A stretch of DNA of 37,968 nucleotides, taken from IMG/VR virus record IMGVR_UViG_3300045988_169084; one strand, written 5' to 3'. A model generated the notes under the pieces. That model had not been told where the DNA came from and did no database searches. It saw only the letters and a program-made list of their open reading frames with translations. Shown here piece after piece: positions 1 to 7,312 of this stretch. Each line of letters begins with the position of its first letter. Positions within the stretch are counted from its first letter, which is position 1. Origin of the DNA: a virus. Position numbers and translations under genes: made by a program.

Positions 1-119
1 ATTTATGCGGAATACAATATTCATGTAGTACAGGCAAGTCGTGCTATAAATTCAGATTCTTCTAAAAGAGGGCAAGTTGATGAATTTTTAATTAGCAATT
101 ATGAGTAAATCCAAAAATG
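1..119. repeat. 119-bp direct terminal redundancy (identical to 37850..37968). Bases 1..108 duplicate the 3' end of the Dam methyltransferase CDS.
   Basis: Exact identity of the first and last 119 bases read directly from the window. The duplicated segment lies inside a coding region (the C-terminus of the ORF ending at 37957), which favours an assembly wrap-around over a biological DTR. Confidence 0.9.
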
Positions 120-144
120 TGGCGGACGGAAAGGAGAATGTACT

Positions 145-444
145 ATGAAATTAACCAGAAGAAAAGCATTGGCTATTTATAATAAAAGAGAGCAAAACTT
201 AATGGGAATTACAGGTGCTATCCACCCATATGAAGTTGTTGAAGATGAAACGGAAAACCCCGATGGATCAAAGTCCATAGACTTTTTTATCATGACGCAT
301 GATGACGAAACACCATTTGTCATTACTTGCGAAGATTGTTCTGATTTATCCCAGATAGCCGAAGTTAGAGAAAAAGCAATCGCCATAGCTAAAGAATTGA
401 GTGTAGGCTACTACATGGAAAACGGCGACGAGGATATGAGATGA
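145..444 (+). CDS. hypothetical acidic early protein (99 aa)
   Basis: ORF with an AGGAG Shine-Dalgarno 9 nt upstream and an ordinary amino-acid composition. No recognisable motif. Confidence 0.5.
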   Translation: MKLTRRKALAIYNKREQNLMGITGAIHPYEVVEDETENPDGSKSIDFFIMTHDDETPFVITCEDCSDLSQIAEVREKAIAIAKELSVGYYMENGDEDMR

Positions 445-468
445 ACTACAAACAATAAGAAGATAATC

Positions 469-1581
469 ATGAAAGATGAAAGATTAGGGTTGCCGTCTTG
501 TTCTTCTCTCGCACGTCTCCAGAAATGCCCTCATTCCTTGAGATATGATAGGGAAGAAGAAAAGAAGGTCGTTACAGAAATAGCTGAAAAAGGAACTAGG
601 ATTCACGCATATCTAGCTGGAGAACCTATTCTCTTGAACAAGCAGGAACTAGACCTAGCGAATTCCTGCCAAGTCGTAGCGCAACGTGTGATTGAAGAAT
701 GGGCAGGAGAAGAAGGAACGCAAGAGCTTCTCAAAGAAGAAAGAGTTTTCTATGAGAGCGCCGGGAAGAAAATCTATTCGGGGAAACCAGACTTGGCAAT
801 TGCTAAGCGCGATGAAGAACTTAAGGGACATATCCTCATCCTAGACTACAAAACAGGGCCGAATGAATATGAGACAGCTAACCAGAATTTGCAGTTAAGA
901 GGGCTTGCCGTGGCTATCCGGGACTTTATCAGGCGAGAGTATGACGAGGACGTAGAAACCATATCCTGCGCCGTTATTCAGCCATTGGTGACGTGGGAGC
1001 CGAGCATCATCACTTACTCACGGGCACACCTAGATCAAGCCGAAGAAGAGATTGTTAGTATCTGCACTGCCAAGGATCAAGGGCCAGTTGCTAACAGATA
1101 TTGCAACTTCTGCCAAGGCTTTGTAGTCTGCGACGCTTGCCAAAAAGCAACGGGAGAGGTTTCCATTATGCGGCAAAACGTCTATGATCTTGTTAAAAGC
1201 AAAGACCCACGACAAAGAAGAGAATTATACAACACCGCATGCTTGGCTATAAAGACCGCATCATCTATCATCAAAGCGTGTAAAGAAATGTTGCAATCAG
1301 GAGAAGAAATACCGGGGTTAGCCCTAAAGGATGGGAAAACTATGCGTCAAATCTCTCCGTCTGTAGCTAAAATGATAGCTTCACGCTTCATGCCAGAAGC
1401 AACTATAGATAACTGTACAAAAATAAGCGTTACAAAACTGTATGAAGAGTTTTACAGAATGAAGAACATGACAGCGAAGGTATCGCATAAAGAATGCAAG
1501 GAGATATTCAACAACATCTTCGGACCATACATCACCACAACAAAACAAGATCAAACAATAAACATAGTAAGCAATGAATGA
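469..1581 (+). CDS. PD-(D/E)xK family nuclease with a C-terminal cysteine cluster (Cas4/RecB/AddB-like exonuclease)
   Basis: Motifs 'GKPDLAI' and 'ILILDYKTG' (D...DYK: the PD-(D/E)xK core). C-terminal CNFCQGFVVCDAC (CxxCx5CxxC) plus an N-terminal Cys is typical of Fe-S nucleases of the Cas4/AddB type. Confidence 0.6.
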   Translation: MKDERLGLPSCSSLARLQKCPHSLRYDREEEKKVVTEIAEKGTRIHAYLAGEPILLNKQELDLANSCQVVAQRVIEEWAGEEGTQELLKEERVFYESAGKKIYSGKPDLAIAKRDEELKGHILILDYKTGPNEYETANQNLQLRGLAVAIRDFIRREYDEDVETISCAVIQPLVTWEPSIITYSRAHLDQAEEEIVSICTAKDQGPVANRYCNFCQGFVVCDACQKATGEVSIMRQNVYDLVKSKDPRQRRELYNTACLAIKTASSIIKACKEMLQSGEEIPGLALKDGKTMRQISPSVAKMIASRFMPEATIDNCTKISVTKLYEEFYRMKNMTAKVSHKECKEIFNNIFGPYITTTKQDQTINIVSNE

Positions 1582-1744
1582 AGAGGAGATACTGTTATTG
1601 GCCAAAGCCGCAGGATATTTAATGCTGATATTTGGAACGTTATTTTACGAATCTCTCAAAGACAAAAAAAGATTTAGGATAGCTCTGCTTGTAACAGGAA
1701 TGCTCTGTCTTGTTATCGGCGGTCAAATCTCAGGAGAAGCATAA
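1574..1744 (+). CDS. small membrane peptide (56 aa), translationally coupled to the upstream nuclease gene (ATGAATGA start/stop overlap)
   Basis: My own translation gives MNEEEILLLAKAAGYLMLIFGTLFYESLKDKKRFRIALLVTGMLCLVIGGQISGEA, with two hydrophobic segments. It is below the 60-aa cutoff of the ORF track. Confidence 0.35.
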   Translation: MNEEEILLLAKAAGYLMLIFGTLFYESLKDKKRFRIALLVTGMLCLVIGGQISGEA

Positions 1745-1994
1745 AGAAAAGAATATGAGTATAACCAAAGATAGAGTTTGGAAACTGAGTAAAAGGACAT
1801 TCAGGAAAACAACCAATGAGATGCACCACTTATACAACAATAGAGGTATATATTGGATATCTCTAACGTTTGAATCCATTGATGATTTATCAGAACGCAG
1901 GCGAATCAATCTTAAAACGGATAACAAAGAAAAAGCAATCAGGCTTAGGGATAAAATCTTAAACGATCTGAAAGGAAGATGGATAAAATTATGA
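1710..1994 (+). CDS. hypothetical basic protein; probable true start at ATG 1755 (MSITKDRVWKL...)
   Basis: ORF track. The 1710 start overlaps the small membrane ORF, and the internal ATG at 1755 follows an AGGAG. Confidence 0.4.
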   Translation: MLSAVKSQEKHKEKNMSITKDRVWKLSKRTFRKTTNEMHHLYNNRGIYWISLTFESIDDLSERRRINLKTDNKEKAIRLRDKILNDLKGRWIKL

Positions 1995-2275
1995 ATACTC
2001 CAAAACGCAAGCCGGGAAGACCTCCAATGAGAAAGGTAACTCCACCAAAGGAAAGCATTGATACTACAAAGAAATATTCTACGGCAGAAGCCATTTGCCT
2101 CCTACAGTCAGGAGAAGTAGAATCGTTTGTTAATCATAAAGGGTACACTATCAAGATAAACGAGATCACTTCATACGTAAGTGTGTATGACTATAATAAT
2201 ATCTTCATCGGAAAAACGTTCTCATTCGCAGAACATAAAGAATCCTTATGGGAAATTAAAAATACTAATAAATAA
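1979..2275 (+). CDS. small DNA-binding protein with an AT-hook-like motif (PKRKPGRPPMRK)
   Basis: A GRP core flanked by basic residues near the N-terminus. The ORF overlaps the upstream gene by 16 bp. Confidence 0.45.
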   Translation: MDKIMNTPKRKPGRPPMRKVTPPKESIDTTKKYSTAEAICLLQSGEVESFVNHKGYTIKINEITSYVSVYDYNNIFIGKTFSFAEHKESLWEIKNTNK

Positions 2276-2284
2276 AAAATTACA

Positions 2285-2647
2285 ATGAAAGAGAAAATAC
2301 TACAATATATTAATGAAACAAGACAAGGATATGGAACCGATGATAATTATTGGAGTAGAAGAATAGTTGAGATTATGGATAGCATAGGTTATTTTAATAG
2401 AGCTATTGAAGTAGAAGAGAGAATTAAAGGAGCATGTGATATTGTATTAAAATCATTTTTATTATTAGATGCGGAGTTAAGACATCGTGATGTAAGAAGT
2501 GATATCGAGGGACTATTAAATTTAAGAATTGATGAAAATAAGAAAATTGAAGAATTGATAGAATTAATTAATAAAGTTGGTTCTAATAAGAGCGAAGAAA
2601 TAGCGAGAGAGATCGTTAGTAAAATGTATATCACAAATCATGTTTAA
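2285..2647 (+). CDS. hypothetical protein encoded by an AT-rich, cytosine-depleted gene (candidate accessory gene)
   Basis: About 28% GC, with C about 6% and G about 23% on the sense strand. The protein has 0 Pro and few Thr, Ala, His and Gln. Its end overlaps the RuvC-like start (ATGTTTAA). Confidence 0.5.
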   Translation: MKEKILQYINETRQGYGTDDNYWSRRIVEIMDSIGYFNRAIEVEERIKGACDIVLKSFLLLDAELRHRDVRSDIEGLLNLRIDENKKIEELIELINKVGSNKSEEIAREIVSKMYITNHV

Positions 2648-3164
2648 CCACCAGATCAAAACTATTATAGGCCTTGATCTCTCCCTCACAAGAACAGGCG
2701 TTTGTCTGTTCTGGCCGGAAGATCAGGGAGCCTCAACATCCCATATCAAATCAGCTCAGAAAGGACTTCTCAGGCTAGCTGAATTGGAAAACAACCTGAA
2801 AAATATCATCTATCCGTTCAGTTCAAATTGTCTTGTGGTCATAGAGGATTACGCATTTAGCAGGAATGGGAGGAACCTTTTCGGGCTGATCGAGTGGGGA
2901 GGAGTCGCTAGGCTTGCTCTGCACAAGATGGGTGTCCAAGCAATCACTATCTCGCCTACCGCGCTTAAGAAGTTCGTGACGGGAAAAGGGAAAGCCCAAA
3001 AAGATATGATGATGCAACAGATACTAAAAAGGTGGGGCTTTGAAGCATCAAACAATGATGAAGCTGATGCCTACGCTCTGGCCCGGGTAGGAGATTCCAT
3101 TATCAATCCTGACCGCTACACCAAGGAGCAAATGAAATCTGCATTGACGTTCAAAAACCTATGA
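2640..3164 (+). CDS. RuvC-like Holliday junction resolvase
   Basis: N-terminal 'IIGLDLSLTRTGV' (catalytic Asp), 'VIEDYAF' (Glu) and C-terminal 'NNDEADAYALA' (Asp/Asp), the RuvC/RNase H-fold acidic tetrad pattern. Length is 174 aa. Confidence 0.65.
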   Translation: MFNHQIKTIIGLDLSLTRTGVCLFWPEDQGASTSHIKSAQKGLLRLAELENNLKNIIYPFSSNCLVVIEDYAFSRNGRNLFGLIEWGGVARLALHKMGVQAITISPTALKKFVTGKGKAQKDMMMQQILKRWGFEASNNDEADAYALARVGDSIINPDRYTKEQMKSALTFKNL

Positions 3165-3469
3165 TAGATAAGGATAAATTCTTCGTGATTTGCAGGCTCA
3201 TGGCAGACGGGAATACTGTTTACGTCTCTGCCTTAAGAGTTAAATCATCCAAAAAAGAATTTATAAGGTATGCGAAATCCTCGTACAAAAACTATCGAAT
3301 GTATTGCCGGGCAGTTTTCCTGATGAACAAGGCGAACCAGATAGAAGGGAAACCTAGGAGAATGTTTTTTTATAGCCACAGCTGGCTTAGTATTCGGGAG
3401 AAGAGGGCCACGGAAAGGTTTTTGAATCGACGAGGCGCCCCTTATCTAAGAAACGCGCACAGTCATTAA
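3161..3469 (+). CDS. hypothetical basic protein (102 aa), last gene of the rightward arm
   Basis: ATGA start/stop overlap with the RuvC-like gene. Its 3' end overlaps the convergent minus-strand ORF by 83 bp. Confidence 0.4.
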   Translation: MIDKDKFFVICRLMADGNTVYVSALRVKSSKKEFIRYAKSSYKNYRMYCRAVFLMNKANQIEGKPRRMFFYSHSWLSIREKRATERFLNRRGAPYLRNAHSH

Positions 3470-3974
3470 ATATCTCTCCGATGAGCCTACCGAATGCTAT
3501 CCCATTTCCTATGCTCATCATGTGCCCTTCGTCCTTCATGTGGCCTAGATCAAAATCTATGAAGTCTAATCGCTTGGGAGGATAAACATTCACAAGGCCC
3601 TGCCAGTCCTCGCAACAGTAAACATAGTAATCTGTAATGCCTTCCGAGAAGAACTGATACTTCATCTTGTCCATGACATTGACGGCAAAAGGGCTTCTCC
3701 CGTTGGTAGCGATAGTCTTCTTGTAGTCGCTATCAGCCTTTTCAGTAAGGCGAAATCTAACCACCATTCCAACATTGCTATCGGCAAAGGTCTTGAACTT
3801 CTTCCGATTCTCCTCCTCATCGTACCCCAACCGGGAATATTTCGCCCTGAAATATCTAGGGTTGAGAGTCTTTAAGAATGTTTCGCAAGTGTTTTTAATC
3901 AGAACGTTAGAATGAACCATTGTGATTAGTCTAACGTCTTCCTCTGGATAACACCAACCAGCGATGACTCTCAT
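3387..3974 (-). CDS. hypothetical protein (195 aa), last gene of the leftward arm
   Basis: ATGA overlap with the upstream amidase gene. No recognisable motif. Confidence 0.45.
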   Translation of the reverse strand: MRVIAGWCYPEEDVRLITMVHSNVLIKNTCETFLKTLNPRYFRAKYSRLGYDEEENRKKFKTFADSNVGMVVRFRLTEKADSDYKKTIATNGRSPFAVNVMDKMKYQFFSEGITDYYVYCCEDWQGLVNVYPPKRLDFIDFDLGHMKDEGHMMSIGNGIAFGRLIGEIFNDCARFLDKGRLVDSKTFPWPSSPEY

Positions 3975-4555
3975 TCTTTGCAGTAATCTTCCACTCCTAG
4001 AGCGATAGAATTGGCGATGCTCTCAGGGTGGTGTTTCATTACGTCGGCATCTCCGGGATTAGTAATGAACCCGCACTCGCAAAGCACCCACACTGGTTTT
4101 GTCTTTTTCAGGATTGCAAGATTAGAGCGCTCCTGAATAGCATCAGCTCTCCCCGGTAAAATGCCAGTCAGATACTCCGCAATACATTGAGCGAGCTTGC
4201 GCCCCCGGGAAGAGCTTGGGAAAAAGCACACATGGGCACCGTGTGGGACTGGATTAGGAATAGTGATAATCTCGATCAGCTTGTTTTCATCTACTTCTCT
4301 CCTTTTCTTCTGCGCAGAATCGCAATGGATACTGATGCCGAAGTCATAGCCGCCAGAATTAGCCGCACGGATAGTAGCATTAAGGTCTCCCGTGTTGCTC
4401 ATGTCGGGGAAGTCAATAACATGGACGTCATGGCCTTTGTCCTTCAACTCAGTAAACAGGTGGTCCACGATTGAAGTGGCTATGGCATGCTCCTCAAATC
4501 CATTCCCACGCGCTCCAGTTCCGCGAGCGTGTCCAATATCAAGTGCTATTTTCAT
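3971..4555 (-). CDS. N-acetylmuramoyl-L-alanine amidase (Amidase_3-type endolysin)
   Basis: N-terminal 'IALDIGHARGTGARG...EE' and 'ISIHCDSA' resemble the Zn-ligand motifs of Amidase_3 (DxGHGG...E ... SxHxDA). The gene sits in a lysis cluster. Confidence 0.65.
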   Translation of the reverse strand: MKIALDIGHARGTGARGNGFEEHAIATSIVDHLFTELKDKGHDVHVIDFPDMSNTGDLNATIRAANSGGYDFGISIHCDSAQKKRREVDENKLIEIITIPNPVPHGAHVCFFPSSSRGRKLAQCIAEYLTGILPGRADAIQERSNLAILKKTKPVWVLCECGFITNPGDADVMKHHPESIANSIALGVEDYCKE

Positions 4556-4617
4556 AAGATGTTTTTTCTAAGTTGAACTGTTTCCATTTTGGAAACAGTT
4601 GGTGTTAAGGAAACTTT

Positions 4618-4869
4618 TCATCGGGTAATCTTCCTCTCAATAAGTTCCACGCGCACAGACAGAAGCTGGATAGCCTTGGCCGTGTCCACTTGGGCCTGCG
4701 TCTGCATGGACATAAGGCTACATAAGCGGTCGTTGTAGTTGTTCATTACATAGCCTATGTACCAGCAGGCACCCCCACAAATCGCCATAGACAAAATCAG
4801 GCAAGCATACATGGGGGAAGCTTTAGCAAGCTCAAGGAATCTGGCAGGAACTTCTGATATCTTGCACAT
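4618..4869 (-). CDS. lysis-associated membrane protein (single TM plus C-terminal coiled coil; i-spanin-like or holin-like)
   Basis: One hydrophobic helix (PMYACLILSMAICGGACWYIGYV) followed by a charged helical tail. Located immediately upstream of the endolysin. Confidence 0.4.
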   Translation of the reverse strand: MCKISEVPARFLELAKASPMYACLILSMAICGGACWYIGYVMNNYNDRLCSLMSMQTQAQVDTAKAIQLLSVRVELIERKITR

Positions 4870-4877
4870 GGCGAGAA

Positions 4878-5333
4878 CTATTTCTTCATGGCTTGCACCA
4901 CGGGAGGCTTCCCACTAATGATAAGATTGCCGTCTTTATCGACACTGTAGCTTATTTGGCCGCCCTGATCGCCGGAGAGAGTAAGGGAAGTATTGGCGCA
5001 CCCGCTAGCCATGAAATAGCCAGCTACGGCAACGATAATTCCACCTATAAGATAGATCAGCTTCTTTGATACTCCACGATCAGAAGCCTTAACAGCCGCA
5101 TGCGTCAGGGTAATAGACATGAAGCCGTCGCCAATCATCCAGTTCGCCAGCTCTTCGGCCTTCGCTTTGTCAGACTCAACAGACAAATCAAGACCAGTCT
5201 GCGTAGCAACCTCTTCAACTAGATTCTCAAATTCGTATGTGAGACTTTCCATACAAAACCTAATATACCTGCTCATATTCTTTGTAAAGGATAAAAGAAG
5301 AACAGCGCTGGAATATCCAGCGCTGTTCCACAA
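4878..5333 (-). CDS. lysis-associated membrane protein with a C-proximal TM ending in a lipobox-like MASGC (possible holin, or embedded o-spanin-like lipoprotein)
   Basis: KKLIYLIGGIIVAVAGYFMASGC followed by a 34-aa tail. Both the position and the lipobox-like Cys suggest a spanin or holin function. The 5' extent is uncertain. Confidence 0.35.
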   Translation of the reverse strand: MWNSAGYSSAVLLLSFTKNMSRYIRFCMESLTYEFENLVEEVATQTGLDLSVESDKAKAEELANWMIGDGFMSITLTHAAVKASDRGVSKKLIYLIGGIIVAVAGYFMASGCANTSLTLSGDQGGQISYSVDKDGNLIISGKPPVVQAMKK

Positions 5334-5386
5334 TTACCCATATGTCGCTATGCTTCCTCGTCGAAGGCGAGAACCTTTTACCATTT

Positions 5387-5752
5387 TTACTTCTTCAACG
5401 CAACATAATATTGCTGGAGAAGCACAGTTTTTATCTCATCCACCTGAGAAATCAGGAAAGATTCTTCATCTGCAACGTCGTAGAGATAGTCACAAATATC
5501 ATCAATCTTTTCACGCAAGACCTTTCGCACCACGGAATCGGCCACAGGATCAGGTGTAGGAATGTCCGTCTTGATAACGTCTTCCATCTCCGTCAGCCCA
5601 GCAAACGATTCGCGGAACGTATCGAATAACTTCGATACCTTCTTGTACATAGCGTCCGTGGCCTCATGCACCCAGCCAAGCTCCGTGTATTGGTGCGTGT
5701 TCTGGATGAAGTCTAGGAATACATTCAGCCTTGAAAGGTCTAACTTTTCCAT
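5387..5752 (-). CDS. hypothetical acidic protein (121 aa), downstream of the tail fiber (possible fiber assembly factor)
   Basis: Position only. Confidence 0.4.
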   Translation of the reverse strand: MEKLDLSRLNVFLDFIQNTHQYTELGWVHEATDAMYKKVSKLFDTFRESFAGLTEMEDVIKTDIPTPDPVADSVVRKVLREKIDDICDYLYDVADEESFLISQVDEIKTVLLQQYYVALKK

Positions 5753-5771
5753 AATAAATAATTTGTATTAA

Positions 5772-6155
5772 TTAAATCGCGCTTAAGAAGTAAGCATCGC
5801 CTATAACGTCATAATCGTTAAAGCCAACGCAGGTGCATACCGACGCAATATTGGCACTGCATAAACATGTCATTTCAATGCTCATGCCTTTCTTTGGAGT
5901 TATCTCATAATTACTTCCAACAAGTGTTGGGGTTTCATATTTCACAGTCCCATCACCTTGATCTACTGCGATTTGTAGGTACTGGACAATAGCCTGCGGG
6001 ATTTGTATTTTTGCCCCATCATTGTAAGAAGATCTCCTAGGATTAAGCTTAACTTTCATGTTAGAACTAGTAGGGAGGCCTTCAATTAGAAAGCTCTGAT
6101 TAGTGCTATTATTAGCAAAGCCTCTAGCTCTTACGTAATTTAAAAATGTTGCCAT
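5772..6155 (-). CDS. hypothetical protein (127 aa)
   Basis: ORF in the tail/lysis operon. No motif recognised. Confidence 0.4.
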   Translation of the reverse strand: MATFLNYVRARGFANNSTNQSFLIEGLPTSSNMKVKLNPRRSSYNDGAKIQIPQAIVQYLQIAVDQGDGTVKYETPTLVGSNYEITPKKGMSIEMTCLCSANIASVCTCVGFNDYDVIGDAYFLSAI

Positions 6156-6178
6156 GTCTTTGTCTTCTTCTGATGGGG

Positions 6179-7255
6179 TTACTGAGGGTTTACAGCCACG
6201 CTTCCTATGAACACTTTTGCCGTGTCAGTTGTAACGTAGATCGTACGTGAGTCTTTAGTTGCAAGCCCGTCGTATTGCGCTTGGGTTAAGGAAATGTTTA
6301 ACTTAGCGTACGCCGCATCGCACATCGCCTTATTCATCAAGTCCGTATCTGCTGGGGTCGCTTTTGTCGTGCGGGTAGCTCCAGCAAGGAAATTAGCGGT
6401 GCCGTTGAAAGTAGAAGGCGCGCTAATTTCTACGGAGACTAAGAATCGGAGAACAGAATCTGGTCCCCCTCCTACAGTTGCAGTCGCATCATCGTTAGCC
6501 ATGACGCCTACTGAATACGAGCCTGTCCCAAACTGTAATATATGTCCGGGAGAAATTATAAGAGAGGACGCACAAGTCACGTCTTCTTGGAATTGGCTAG
6601 TGACGGCAACGTCTAAATGTGTGGAGTTGCCTCCCTCAATTACGTAAGCGCCATTAGCTCCTTCTCCATGAAGCTTTAATGCGTTATCACCTGAACCAAT
6701 CACTAGGGGCACTTCATTGCCCATCGTAATCCCACCAGTAAAGGTCTTAGTCCCAGCTATGCTCTGATTGCCGATAAGTTTTACTGTGCTGTTTAGCGCA
6801 GTGTTGACCATCTCGGAGTTCATTACATCAGTAAGCGCAGGACTAGCTACTGTCTTCCGCTGGAGCGTACTCTGGAAAACCCATGCACCCGTAATTGTCT
6901 GCGAGGCAGACGGGTCAAAAGAATCACCGCCTCCCCCGGACGACGCACCGAGCGAGGCAACCTTAAAATCCAACGGAGTTAATACATACTGTGTATTTAA
7001 ATCTACATTTACAGTTGTATATGAGGAGATCGCTATGAAAATATATTGCCCTGCTTTACTAGCATTAAGCAATGTAATTCCATCTGGCGTATATTCCGGG
7101 GCGTCATGTCCTGCAACAGTTAGACTCCCAGTCGTTAAAGTCAGGCAGTACGATTTGCCAGCCATTGTGCGGAACGTTTGAGAAGTCTCATCTCCAGCAG
7201 TAGCAGGTGGTTCAACACCACCATTGCCCCCCCACCAATTCAATATTAGGGTCAA
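6179..7255 (-). CDS. tail fiber protein; the annotated start is TTG, and the likely native start is the ATG at 7292 in the -1 frame, joined through a G7 homopolymer
   Basis: Gly/Thr/Ser-rich with fiber-like motifs ('GNQSIAGTKTFTGGITMG', C-terminal 'TPADTDLMNKAMCDAAYAKL'). Position corresponds to T7 gene 17. There is no in-frame ATG upstream. Confidence 0.55.
   Translation of the reverse strand: MTLILNWWGGNGGVEPPATAGDETSQTFRTMAGKSYCLTLTTGSLTVAGHDAPEYTPDGITLLNASKAGQYIFIAISSYTTVNVDLNTQYVLTPLDFKVASLGASSGGGGDSFDPSASQTITGAWVFQSTLQRKTVASPALTDVMNSEMVNTALNSTVKLIGNQSIAGTKTFTGGITMGNEVPLVIGSGDNALKLHGEGANGAYVIEGGNSTHLDVAVTSQFQEDVTCASSLIISPGHILQFGTGSYSVGVMANDDATATVGGGPDSVLRFLVSVEISAPSTFNGTANFLAGATRTTKATPADTDLMNKAMCDAAYAKLNISLTQAQYDGLATKDSRTIYVTTDTAKVFIGSVAVNPQ
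7227..7233. repeat. C7 (plus) / G7 (minus) homopolymer at the 5' end of the tail-fiber gene
   Basis: Counted directly in the sequence. Removing one G fuses the ATG-initiated 26-codon leader ORF (7292..7212, MATKKTLTTTSGLDPNIELVGG...) in frame to the tail-fiber ORF. Confidence 0.8.
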
Positions 7256-7312
7256 GCCCCGACGTAGTTGTTAATGTTTTCTTTGTTGCCATATTTTGTT
7301 TAATGTTAAACG

